Below, in pieces: positions 20,772 to 29,917 of a stretch of DNA of 64,000 nucleotides; position 1 is the stretch's first letter, and every line of letters starts with the position of its first letter. The notes under the pieces are model-generated. The model was not told the origin of the DNA, did not search any database, and was given only the letters and a program-made list of their open reading frames with translations. The translations under genes and the position numbers were made by a program. The stretch is from Cryomorpha ignava (GTDB lineage: Bacteria; Bacteroidota; Bacteroidia; Flavobacteriales_F; PHOS-HE28), in contig JBEBYG010000016.1 in NCBI GenBank assembly GCA_040391235.1, forward strand, positions 1,977 to 65,976, given 5' to 3'.

Positions 20772-20794
20772 TCATCCACTAAGAACGAACAAAA

Positions 20795-21568
20795 GTGCAT
20801 ACCAAACAGGACATCGTGAAGAATTGGCTGCCCCGGTATACCGGCGTGGCCTTGGAAGACTTCAAGCCATACGTGCTGTTGACCAACTTCGACAACTACT
20901 TGGACATCTTCTCGGCACAGACCGGGGCAACCCAGCATGGGCAAGGGAAACCGATGCAAGTCGCCATTGCCGATGACATGGTGATGATCAACTTCGGCAT
21001 GGGCAGCCCCACCGCCGCCACGATCATGGACCTTTTGAGCGCCATCAGCCCCAAGGCCGTGCTTTTCCTCGGCAAATGCGGCGGCATCAAGAAGAAGAAC
21101 GAACTGGGCGACCTGATCCTGCCCATCGCGGCCATTCGCGGCGAAGGAACGAGCAACGACTACTTCGCGCCGGAGGTGCCAGCATTGCCGAGCTTTATGA
21201 TCCACCGCGCTGTAAGTGGCGTGATCCGCGACATGGAACTGGACTACTGGAGCGGCACCGTGTACACCACCAACCGCCGCGTATGGGAGCATGACGAAGT
21301 CTTCAAGGAGCGCCTGCGCCGCGACCGCTGCATGGCCGTGGACATGGAAACCGCCACCATCTTCATCACCGGTTTCTATAACGAGATCCCCACGGGTGCC
21401 TTGTTGCTGGTGAGCGACCAGCCCATGATCCCCGAAGGCGTGAAGACCAGCGAAAGCGACAAAAAGGTCACCGGCAGCTTTGCGGAGAACCACGTGAAGG
21501 TGGGCATCGCCTCCCTGCGGGACATCATCAACGAAGGCCGCTCCGTAAAGCACCTGCGCTTCGAGTGA
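20795..21568 (+). CDS. AMP nucleosidase-like / PNP_UDP-family nucleoside phosphorylase
   Basis: 'VLFLGKCGGI', 'EGTSNDY' and 'MAVDMETATIF' match the PNP/UDP phosphorylase fold. ~257 aa, as for the short Bacteroidota AMP nucleosidases. Confidence 0.6.
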   Translation: MHTKQDIVKNWLPRYTGVALEDFKPYVLLTNFDNYLDIFSAQTGATQHGQGKPMQVAIADDMVMINFGMGSPTAATIMDLLSAISPKAVLFLGKCGGIKKKNELGDLILPIAAIRGEGTSNDYFAPEVPALPSFMIHRAVSGVIRDMELDYWSGTVYTTNRRVWEHDEVFKERLRRDRCMAVDMETATIFITGFYNEIPTGALLLVSDQPMIPEGVKTSESDKKVTGSFAENHVKVGIASLRDIINEGRSVKHLRFE

Positions 21569-21572
21569 ATGG

Positions 21573-21735
21573 AAAGTGGAACTGAGTTGTTGGTGATTGG
21601 TGGATAGGGATTGGTGATTAGTAATTGGTGATTGGTGACAGGTGATCGGTGATCAGACGGCTACCACCTGCCCACTGCGACTGCCCACTGCCGCCTGACA
21701 ACAGACAACGAACAACTGACAACTGACCTTCGAGA
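21573..21735. repeat. Intergenic microsatellite-like tract with TGGTGAT(T), CTGCCCA and GACAAC(T) short tandem repeats
   Basis: Direct reading gives 'ggtgattggtggatagggattggtgattagtaattggtgattggtgacaggtgatcggtgatcag' then 'ctgcccactgcgactgcccactgcc' then 'gacaacagacaacgaacaactgacaactgacc'. Confidence 0.8.
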
Positions 21736-22749
21736 ATGAGCACGACCGACGATTTCCGAAAGATCAGGAAGGAGATCGCCGCAGGCAGTTTCAAGCCTGT
21801 CTATTTCCTACATGGTGAAGAGCCCTTCTTCATCGACCGCATTTCCGACGAGATCGAGCGGTATGGCCTGCAAGAGCATGAGAAGGATTTCAACCTGAGC
21901 GTGCTCTATGGCAAGGATTCCGATCCGGATGTGGTGCTGGACACCTGCCTGCGCTATCCCATGATGGCCGAGCGGCAAGTGGTGATCCTGCGTGAAGCAC
22001 AGACCTGGCGCATCGATGCCTTCGATAAACTGGAGGCCTATTTCAAGAAGCCCACGCCCACCACGGTGTTGGTGATCTGCTACAAGCATAAAAAGGCCGA
22101 TGGCCGGAAGACCTGGCTGAAGGAGCTCGCCAAGAAGCAAGTGGTTTTCGTGAGTGACAAGCTGAAGGAGGATAAACTTCCCGAATGGATCCAGCTCTAC
22201 GTCACCTCCCACAAGCGCCGCATCGGTCCGGTGGAGGCCAAGCTACTGGCGGATCATCTGGGTTCGGACCTGGGCAAGCTCACCAACGAAGTAGAAAAGC
22301 TCTGCATCGTAACGGAACAAGGCGGCAACATCACCGGGGACCTGATCCAGCGAAACGTGGGCATCAGCAAGGATTACAACATCTTCGAGCTTCAGAAAGC
22401 CATCGGGCTTCGCGACCATCCCAAGGCCCAGCGCATCGCGCAATACCTTTCCACGGACAAGGAATCCCCACTGGTGATGACCGTGGGCCTGCTCAGTTCC
22501 TACTTCAGCAAACTCGGCATCGTACACGCCAACCCGGGCAAGTCGCAAGGGGAATTGGCCGCTGCGCTGAAAGTGCCGCCCTTCTTCGTGAAGGACTACG
22601 CCAACGCTGCACGCTTCTATCCGGCTGAGAAATTGCGCGAGATCCAGCACCTGCTCCGCGAAACCGACCTGCGCAGCAAAGGGGTGGGCAATACAAGCGC
22701 CGATGGCGGTGAATTGCTCCGGGAGTTCCTCGTTCGGGCGATGGTATAA
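21736..22749 (+). CDS. holA: DNA polymerase III subunit delta
   Basis: 'PVYFLHGEEPFFID' N-terminus. Clamp-loader delta architecture of ~337 aa. Confidence 0.8.
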   Translation: MSTTDDFRKIRKEIAAGSFKPVYFLHGEEPFFIDRISDEIERYGLQEHEKDFNLSVLYGKDSDPDVVLDTCLRYPMMAERQVVILREAQTWRIDAFDKLEAYFKKPTPTTVLVICYKHKKADGRKTWLKELAKKQVVFVSDKLKEDKLPEWIQLYVTSHKRRIGPVEAKLLADHLGSDLGKLTNEVEKLCIVTEQGGNITGDLIQRNVGISKDYNIFELQKAIGLRDHPKAQRIAQYLSTDKESPLVMTVGLLSSYFSKLGIVHANPGKSQGELAAALKVPPFFVKDYANAARFYPAEKLREIQHLLRETDLRSKGVGNTSADGGELLREFLVRAMV

Positions 22750-22857
22750 AAAAGGCATCGCCGTCCTGGAAGTATCCGGACGGCGATGCCTGCATGTCCC
22801 TTGCGTGTGGGAGCTGGAACTTACTTGTCGCTCCCGAGCTAGGACCCGTTGGGCCGT

Positions 22858-23250
22858 TTATTCCACCACACCCTTGATGCTCACCGTCAGGCTCGGTGTA
22901 TTCGTGGCATTGCTTACAATGGTGACCGTCTTCGTGAAAGGCCCCACCCGTTCGGTGTCGTAGTGCACATTCACGTTCGAGGTCTTGCCAGGAAGGATGG
23001 GTGCGGTTTCGCATTTCGGCACCGTGCAGCCACAGGAACCTTGGCAATTGCTGATGATCAAAGGCTTGTCACCCGTGTTCGTAACCACGAACGTGCGGTT
23101 GCCATCCGCACTTTTCTGGATGGTGCCATAGTCGAGTACTTCCTTGTCCACACTGATCTGGGGGCCCGTGCCACCCACCGGCTTGGTATTGGATTGGGCC
23201 ATGGAGCTGAATGCCAAGAGGCATGCGAGGGAAAGAAGGATGGTTTTCAT
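22858..23250 (-). CDS. DUF1573-domain secreted protein
   Basis: Signal peptide 'MKTILLSLACLLAFSSMAQ'. Mature region has the 'G.C.C.VP' DUF1573-like beta-sandwich pattern. Confidence 0.55.
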   Translation of the reverse strand: MKTILLSLACLLAFSSMAQSNTKPVGGTGPQISVDKEVLDYGTIQKSADGNRTFVVTNTGDKPLIISNCQGSCGCTVPKCETAPILPGKTSNVNVHYDTERVGPFTKTVTIVSNATNTPSLTVSIKGVVE

Positions 23251-23473
23251 CGGGTTTGTTGATTGTGTACAGCAAAGAATGCGCTCCTTTTGTCTTCCAT
23301 GCAAGACGTTGGCAAGACATTAACATTCTGACGCCTGCACGGAAACCCGGGTAGAGTTCAGAGCGACACCCACCCGCAATGCCCTGACCGCGCGCAGCAC
23401 GCTATTTTCGCGGCCCGAACAACGCTGACAGCGTGGGCCAACCCATGTTGACAGCACCAGCGAAGCACGAAGA

Positions 23474-26122
23474 ATGGAACTTCCTACCCGATACGAGGCG
23501 AAAGCGATCGAAAACAAGTGGTATCAGTATTGGCTCGATAACCGCTACTTCCGTTCCGTGCCCGATGAGCGCGAGCCCTACACCGTGGTGATCCCCCCGC
23601 CGAACGTGACGGGTGTGCTGCACATGGGGCACATGCTGAACAACACCATCCAGGACGTGCTGGTACGTCGCGCGCGGATGCAAGGCAAGAACGCTTGCTG
23701 GGTGCCGGGCACGGACCATGCGAGCATCGCCACGGAAGCCAAGGTGGTGAAGCTGCTGGCGGAACAAGGCATCAAAAAGAGCGTGATCGGCCGGGAGAAA
23801 TTCCTCGAACATGCCTTTGCTTGGAAGGAAAAGTACGGCGGCACCATCCTCGAACAACTGAGGAAACTCGGCGCCAGCTGCGACTGGGACCGCACGCGCT
23901 TCACCATGGAGCCGACGATGAGTGAGGCCGTGGTGGAAGTCTTCATCGACCTGCACAAGAAGGGCCTCGTTTACCGCGACTACCGCATGGTGAACTGGGA
24001 CCCCGTGGCCCTCACCGCCGTAAGCGACGAAGAGGTGATGCACAAGGAGGTCAACTCCCGCTTGATCTATGTGCGTTACAAAGTGGAGGCACTTAGCCCC
24101 AGTTTGGACGGAGATGACGATGAGTGGATCACCATCGCCACCACACGCCCGGAGACCATCCCCGGTGATACGGCTGTGGCGGTGCATCCGGAGGATCCGC
24201 GCTATGCGCACCTGATGGGCCGCAACGTGATCGTGCCGCTGGTGGAGCGCTCCGTGCCAGTGATCTTCGATGAATACGTGGATCGCGAGTTCGGCACAGG
24301 AGCGTTGAAGGTGACGCCTGCCCACGATACCAATGACCACGAGATCGGTAAGCGCCACGGCTTAGAGGTGATCGACACCTTGGAAGCGAACGGCACCATG
24401 AGCGCAGCCGCGCAATTCTTCGTTGGAGAGGACCGCTTCATTGCACGGAAGAAGTTCGTGAAGCTCTTGGAGGAGCAGGGCCATGTGGTGAAGATCGAAG
24501 ACATCGTGAACAAGATCGGCGTGAGCGAACGAACCGATGCCGTGATCGAGCCACGCCTCTCACTACAGTGGTTCGTGAAGATGGGCGAGATGGCAAAGCC
24601 CGCGCTGGACGTGGTGATGAGCGGCGAGGTGAAGCTCCATCCGCAGAAATTCACCAACACCTACCGCCACTGGATGGAGAACGTGCGCGACTGGTGCATC
24701 AGCCGCCAACTCTGGTGGGGCCAGCGCATTCCTGCGTGGTACAACGACGCTGGTGACTTCGCCGTGTGCAAGACCGAAGCCGAAGCGATCGCGCATTTCG
24801 CTTCCGCAGGGCAGAGCACCAAAGGCATTCGACAGGACGAGGACGTGATGGACACCTGGTTCAGTAGCTGGCTGTGGCCGATCAGCGTGTTCGACGGCTT
24901 CAAGGACCCGGACAACGCGGACATCAAGTATTACTACCCCACGAACGACCTCGTTACCGCACCGGAGATCCTCTTCTTCTGGGTGGCGCGGATGATCATG
25001 GCCGGGCTGGAATACCGCAAGGAAGTGCCGTTCAAGAATGTCTACCTCACCGGCATCGTGCGCGACAAGCAAGGCCGGAAGATGAGCAAGAGCCTGGGAA
25101 ACAGCCCGGACCCGATCGAGCTGATCGAGAAGTACGGCGCGGACGGCGTGCGCGTGGGCATGCTCCTCACCTCCCCCGCTGGCAACGACCTGCCCTTCGA
25201 CGAGAGCCTCTGCGAGCAAGGACGCAACTTCAGCAACAAGATCTGGAATGCCTTCCGCCTCGTGCAGGGCTTTACGATCAACGAAGAGCCGCAGTCTGCG
25301 GGTAACGCTGCGGCCTGCGCCTGGATGCAGTCGCGCGTGAGCCGTGCAACCAAGGAGATCGACGGGCTGTATGCCCAGTTCCGCATAAGCGAGGCCCTGA
25401 TGGCCACGTACAAGCTGGTGTGGGACGACCTCTGCAGCTGGTACTTGGAGAGCATCAAGCCACCTTTCATCAACGGTGTGGCCGCGCCCATCGACCGCAC
25501 GACCTACAGGACCACCATCACCCTGTTCGAAGAGGTGATGAAGCTGTTGCATCCCTTCATGCCCTTCCTCACCGAGGAATTGTGGAGCCATTTGAACGAG
25601 CGGAAAGGACCGCAAGAGGCACTCATCATCGCATCATGGCCCAAGAGCGGCGATGGCGATGCAGAGCTTGAAGCCGAGATGCAGCACGCCTTCGACCTCG
25701 TGACCGCCGTGCGGAACATCCGCAACGAACGCGGCTTGAGCCCGAAGGAAGCACTGGCCGTGCAAGTAAAGGACAAGTCGCCACTGGGTGAAGCCACACA
25801 GGCACTGGTCGGTAAACTGGCGAACGTCTCCGCTATCGAAGCGGCTGCTACCGCCGGTGCAGGATCCATCAACTTCCTCGTCGGCACCACGGAATACGCC
25901 GTGGACCTCGGCGAGAACGTGGACAGCGAAGCCGAGCGCAAGAAGGCCGAAGAAGAACTGAAGTACGTCCGTGGCTTCCTCGCCAGTGTGGACAAGAAGC
26001 TCAGCAACGAACGCTTCGTAAGCGGTGCGCCACCCCAGGTGTTGGAGAACGAGCGCAAGAAAAAAGCTGACGCCGAAGCAAAGATCAAGGCGATCGAAGA
26101 GCGGTTGGCGGTGCTGGGATAG
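23474..26122 (+). CDS. valS: Valine--tRNA ligase
   Basis: 'HMGH' and 'KMSKS' class I motifs. C-terminal coiled coil. 882 aa. Confidence 0.95.
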   Translation: MELPTRYEAKAIENKWYQYWLDNRYFRSVPDEREPYTVVIPPPNVTGVLHMGHMLNNTIQDVLVRRARMQGKNACWVPGTDHASIATEAKVVKLLAEQGIKKSVIGREKFLEHAFAWKEKYGGTILEQLRKLGASCDWDRTRFTMEPTMSEAVVEVFIDLHKKGLVYRDYRMVNWDPVALTAVSDEEVMHKEVNSRLIYVRYKVEALSPSLDGDDDEWITIATTRPETIPGDTAVAVHPEDPRYAHLMGRNVIVPLVERSVPVIFDEYVDREFGTGALKVTPAHDTNDHEIGKRHGLEVIDTLEANGTMSAAAQFFVGEDRFIARKKFVKLLEEQGHVVKIEDIVNKIGVSERTDAVIEPRLSLQWFVKMGEMAKPALDVVMSGEVKLHPQKFTNTYRHWMENVRDWCISRQLWWGQRIPAWYNDAGDFAVCKTEAEAIAHFASAGQSTKGIRQDEDVMDTWFSSWLWPISVFDGFKDPDNADIKYYYPTNDLVTAPEILFFWVARMIMAGLEYRKEVPFKNVYLTGIVRDKQGRKMSKSLGNSPDPIELIEKYGADGVRVGMLLTSPAGNDLPFDESLCEQGRNFSNKIWNAFRLVQGFTINEEPQSAGNAAACAWMQSRVSRATKEIDGLYAQFRISEALMATYKLVWDDLCSWYLESIKPPFINGVAAPIDRTTYRTTITLFEEVMKLLHPFMPFLTEELWSHLNERKGPQEALIIASWPKSGDGDAELEAEMQHAFDLVTAVRNIRNERGLSPKEALAVQVKDKSPLGEATQALVGKLANVSAIEAAATAGAGSINFLVGTTEYAVDLGENVDSEAERKKAEEELKYVRGFLASVDKKLSNERFVSGAPPQVLENERKKKADAEAKIKAIEERLAVLG

Positions 26123-26234
26123 TTCGGAAGGCTCAGGGTCCGCTTCGCGAGACCACTGAGCGAACTTCCCCATCTACCTTCGCACCATCAGTCGCGATCT
26201 CACATACGCCGCCATCGACATCGGTTCCAACGCG

Positions 26235-27104
26235 GTGCGCCTGCTGATCGGCGACGTGGTGGAGCGCGATGACCATCCAGTGATCAAGAAGACCTCGCTT
26301 GTGCGGGTCCCGATCCGCTTGGGCGCGGACGTGTTCGACAGCGGCCTCATCAGTGCGGCCAAGCGCGACCAGCTCATTAAATCGCTGAAGGCCTTCCGGC
26401 TGCTCACCGAAGTGTATGGTGCGCATTACTTGCGTTGCTGCGCTACCAGTGCCATGCGCGAGGCCAAGAACGGCCAAGAAGTACTGGCCCGCGTGGAGAT
26501 GGAAAGCGGCGTTCACATCGAAATGATCGATGGGCGCATGGAAGCCGACCTGATCATGAGCACTTTCTGGACACAGGACCTGCTGAAGGACCGCAACTAC
26601 TTGTACATCGACGTTGGCGGAGGTAGCACCGAACTCACCTGGATCGAGAACGGCAAACGCAAACACTCTTCCTCCTTCAAGATCGGCACCGTGCGGACCT
26701 TGCAGAACAAGGTGGATGAACGGGAATGGAGCGCGGCAGCGGAATTCCTCGGGGAGATCCGCAACGCGAACGAGCGCCTCACAGCGATCGGCACCGGCGG
26801 TAATATCAACCGCATCTTCAAAGAGAACCGGAATGGATACGGCGAACCCCTCTCCAGGGCCGACATCCGCTCACAACGAGACCGGATCGCCTCCTACAGC
26901 TTCGACGATCGAGTGAAGGTCCTGCGCCTCCGGGCCGACCGTGCGGACGTGATCATCCCGGCAGCCGACATCTTTCTGCGGGTGATGGAGGAAGCCGGCA
27001 TCGAAGAGGTCTTTGTGCCAAAGGTGGGCTTGGCCGATGGTATCGTATACGACCTGTATACCAAGCAGTACGGGCGCTCGCGGTACGCGGCCCAGCCTGT
27101 GTGA
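26235..27104 (+). CDS. Ppx/GppA-family phosphatase (exopolyphosphatase-like); true start probably upstream and non-canonical
   Basis: ASKHA-fold Ppx/GppA motifs. The in-frame upstream codons encode 'TYAAIDIGSNAVRLLIGDV' (the conserved N-terminal phosphate loop), but there is no ATG/GTG/TTG between the in-frame stop at 26157 and the GTG at 26235. Confidence 0.65.
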   Translation: MRLLIGDVVERDDHPVIKKTSLVRVPIRLGADVFDSGLISAAKRDQLIKSLKAFRLLTEVYGAHYLRCCATSAMREAKNGQEVLARVEMESGVHIEMIDGRMEADLIMSTFWTQDLLKDRNYLYIDVGGGSTELTWIENGKRKHSSSFKIGTVRTLQNKVDEREWSAAAEFLGEIRNANERLTAIGTGGNINRIFKENRNGYGEPLSRADIRSQRDRIASYSFDDRVKVLRLRADRADVIIPAADIFLRVMEEAGIEEVFVPKVGLADGIVYDLYTKQYGRSRYAAQPV

Positions 27105-27108
27105 TAAT

Positions 27109-27345
27109 CCCATCAACGTTCACGCAGTGGACGTTGCATGCTCTCGTGTCCTCAGGATCCCCTTCGCGTGATCACTGAGGGAACTATGTCCCATCAACGT
27201 CTCACGCAGTGGACGTTGCATGCTCTCGTGTCCTCAGGATCCCCTTCGGGAGATCACTGAGGGAACTAAGTCCCATCAGCGTCTCACGCAGTGGACGTTG
27301 CTCTCGTGTCCTCAGCGTCCCTGCGGGAGACCGCTGCGGGAACTT
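27109..27345. repeat. ~2.9 tandem copies of an 81-82 bp intergenic repeat unit
   Basis: Units begin at 27109, 27190 and 27272 ('cccatcaacgt[t/c]cacgcagtggacgttgcatgctctcgtgtcctcaggatcccc...gatcactgagggaacta'). The third copy is degenerate. Confidence 0.85.
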
Positions 27346-27355
27346 GTTCAAAAGA

Positions 27356-27382
27356 CGAAGCCCCGACCTAGGTCGGGGCTTC
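27356..27382 (-). terminator. Rho-independent terminator of csp
   Basis: 11-bp perfect stem 'gaagccccgac/gtcggggcttc' followed on the minus strand by 'TCTTTTG'. Confidence 0.7.
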
Positions 27383-27404
27383 GCAGTATGAACGATGCTG
27401 GGCC

Positions 27405-27596
27405 TTAGGCCTTGCGCACGTCGATCGCGCTGAGGCCCTTCGGGGTCTCTTCTACCTCGTAGGTGACGGAATCACCTTCCCAGAGGGCGTCACGGGTACC
27501 GGTCTTGTGAACGAAAACGTCCTTACCACCCTCGTCGGGAGTAATGAATCCAAAACCTTTCTCCGTGTTGAAGAATTTTACTTTACCACTTGCCAT
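27405..27596 (-). CDS. cspA: Cold-shock protein (CspA family)
   Basis: 'KVKFFNTEKGFGFI' RNP1 motif. 63 aa. Confidence 0.9.
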   Translation of the reverse strand: MASGKVKFFNTEKGFGFITPDEGGKDVFVHKTGTRDALWEGDSVTYEVEETPKGLSAIDVRKA

Positions 27597-27926
27597 TGTA
27601 CTGTCGTGTTTGTTTTAACGGCGCAAATGTAGACCGGTATGGTATCACGTTCGACGATCAGGGAATAATAAAGATCGGAGGGGCACCTCAGCTGGAGACA
27701 GCGTTCACTCCTCCCCTCACCTTCATATCTCTCACACCAGCTGCCGCCCCCCTAGCCCTTGGGAGTAATGGCAACAAGGCTTTACAAGGGTATTTGGCCT
27801 TGCTCCATGGGCCTCGGATACGATTTTTCGCACGTCCGGAGTTCTTGTATGGAAGGATGGTCTCTTCGGCCCGGAACGAGGTTTCCGGGATGTGGTGTCC
27901 ATCAACCACAAAAAAACCCACCCACC

Positions 27927-29777
27927 ATGGACCGCCATATCGCCTTCACGCTATTACTGCTCGGTTCTCCCCAACTGACTGCCTCCACCACCCAGCAGCA
28001 GCTGATCGTCCACTTCGAAAAGGACGTTTCCAGCTTAAATGAAGAGGCGATCAACGCGCTGGACCTCTTCCTTGCTTCGATACCGATCCAAGGCGACTAT
28101 CACTTCACCGTGGAAGGCCACACGGATAGCGATGGAAGCAGCGTCTACAACGACACACTGGCTTCTGCCCGCGCTAGAACGGTTCGTGCCTATCTACTTG
28201 ATCACGGAACTGATCCCGCACTGGTGGATATTGCCTTCCGCGGGAAGCGGAAACCGGTGGCCAGCAATGCCAACGAGTCGGGCATGTCGCTGAACCGGCG
28301 AGTGCTCATCACCTTCACCCGGAACGTATTTGCCAATATCGATGAACTCAAGGAAGCTCTGCGCGAAGGCAGCGTGCAGCACTTCACGGTGGATCCCCGA
28401 CGGGATACGGTACTGAGAGGCAGGGCCGGATCCACGGTTGCGTTCTCTGCTTCGGCATTCGTGGATGCAAACGGGAATCCCATTTCCAGCCCAGTGGATG
28501 TGGAACTGACTGAAGCGTTGGGTGCGTTGGAAATGGTAGCCTTCGGCCTCAGCACACGTAGCAACGACCGGCTGTTGGAGACTGATGGCATGGTGCAGGT
28601 GCTCGCGCGTGATGCCGCAGGGAATCAGGCACAGCTGAGATCGGATGCTCCGATGACCGTGACCATGCCAGCCCCCGTTCTAAAGCCCGGCATGCAGTTA
28701 TTCCTCAGCGCTACGGGCACGAACTGGACAGTGGCCGCGGCTCCACCACTTCCTTCGATCGGTTACTCTGTGGCGTGGAGTGATGGACCGCCGAAGCCAC
28801 CTGTATTCACATTCAAGATACCCAAGTACAAGGAAGACCAGCGCGGCAAGCCAATGAGGCCGGTGCAGCCCATAATGCCTACTGCGCCGAGGCTACCGGC
28901 AGAAAGAACACAGGTTGCCAAGGATCCGTGGTGGGGATTCCTTCGCCCACAATTGATAGAGGAACGCAGAAGGAAAGCATCTGCACATGCAGAGAAGCAA
29001 TACGCATCCAGCCTGAAGCGCTATCAGATCCGCTTGGAGCGCTACGATCGGGAGCATGCAGAATTCCCTGCTGCTGCGGAGAAGTATAAAACCAGTGTGG
29101 TGCTTTGGGATGAACAGAAAAAGCTGGAGAAGGAGCAATGGCAACGGGAGGTATACGAGCCCACGATGCGTCGGCATGATTCCCTCGCAGCACCACTGGC
29201 TGCAAAATATCGTGCTGAGTTGGCTGCTTGGGAGCGTGGAGGCCCCGCCCGGTATGCGGAATACCGGGCTAATGTTACATCATGGGATCAGGGACGCGGG
29301 GAACGCGAAGAAGAATACCGCGCCAAACAAGCCGCTTGGGAGGAGGAACGCGCCGCCCAGTTGAAGAAATACGTTCGATGGGCAGAAACCACCACTTCAG
29401 CGACCGTGGACGAACTCTCGAATTATGTTTTCAATACCACGCAATTGGGATGGATCAATTGCGACAGGTTCTACAACCAATCGCAGCGCATGCAGCCAGT
29501 GACCGCAAAAGTGCGGCGGCCGAACAAAGCACAGGTTTACCTGGTATTCACGGAAATGCGCATGCTCCTCAACATGACACCGAACCGGAATGGTGATCAT
29601 GTTTCGCCACCTGCACCGGTGGATCAACCGGCTGTGGTCTTCGCCTTTATGGTGATCGATGGGCAGGCACAGCTATGTGTACAGCCGCTGAAGCCCAATG
29701 AAAAGCCCGTGCTCGAATTCACCCCCAGCACTGTGGCAGAGGTCGGTCGGAGGCTCGCTGAACTCGCTGGTACGTGA
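27927..29777 (+). CDS. OmpA-family protein with long coiled-coil / charged-repeat C-terminal region
   Basis: Start set at 'MDRHIAFTLLLLGS' (signal peptide). OmpA-like motif 'VEGHTDSDGSSVYNDTLASARARTV'. Later 'YRAELAAWE...EEYRAKQAAWEEERAAQ' repeats. Confidence 0.6.
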   Translation: MDRHIAFTLLLLGSPQLTASTTQQQLIVHFEKDVSSLNEEAINALDLFLASIPIQGDYHFTVEGHTDSDGSSVYNDTLASARARTVRAYLLDHGTDPALVDIAFRGKRKPVASNANESGMSLNRRVLITFTRNVFANIDELKEALREGSVQHFTVDPRRDTVLRGRAGSTVAFSASAFVDANGNPISSPVDVELTEALGALEMVAFGLSTRSNDRLLETDGMVQVLARDAAGNQAQLRSDAPMTVTMPAPVLKPGMQLFLSATGTNWTVAAAPPLPSIGYSVAWSDGPPKPPVFTFKIPKYKEDQRGKPMRPVQPIMPTAPRLPAERTQVAKDPWWGFLRPQLIEERRRKASAHAEKQYASSLKRYQIRLERYDREHAEFPAAAEKYKTSVVLWDEQKKLEKEQWQREVYEPTMRRHDSLAAPLAAKYRAELAAWERGGPARYAEYRANVTSWDQGRGEREEEYRAKQAAWEEERAAQLKKYVRWAETTTSATVDELSNYVFNTTQLGWINCDRFYNQSQRMQPVTAKVRRPNKAQVYLVFTEMRMLLNMTPNRNGDHVSPPAPVDQPAVVFAFMVIDGQAQLCVQPLKPNEKPVLEFTPSTVAEVGRRLAELAGT

Positions 29778-29917
29778 ACGGCATGCACTCCCATTTCTTC
29801 CCTTGCCTCCAGCCCCGCCCTTACTCCATATGCGGACTGCAAGAGAGGCCTGGAAAGGATAGGGACGTGAAGAAGGTAAGGAGGGTCAAGGATGTGAAGG
29901 AGGAGCTGGCGCAGTGC

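Noticed and set aside
20759-21553. 264-aa minus-strand ORF
   Set aside because: Antisense to the AMP nucleosidase-like gene. Gly/His-rich low complexity.
20304-21568. HsdR-N-domain protein plus PNP-family phosphorylase as a restriction or ATP-degrading defence pair
   Set aside because: Both are short, stand-alone families that are broadly conserved as housekeeping genes in Bacteroidota. There is no methyltransferase, specificity subunit or sensor partner.
23402-25615. 318-aa and 350-aa minus-strand ORFs
   Set aside because: Antisense to valS.
27109-27345. Possible CRISPR array
   Set aside because: The repeats are directly adjacent with no unique spacers. The unit is 81-82 bp, not 28-37. 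No cas genes are nearby.
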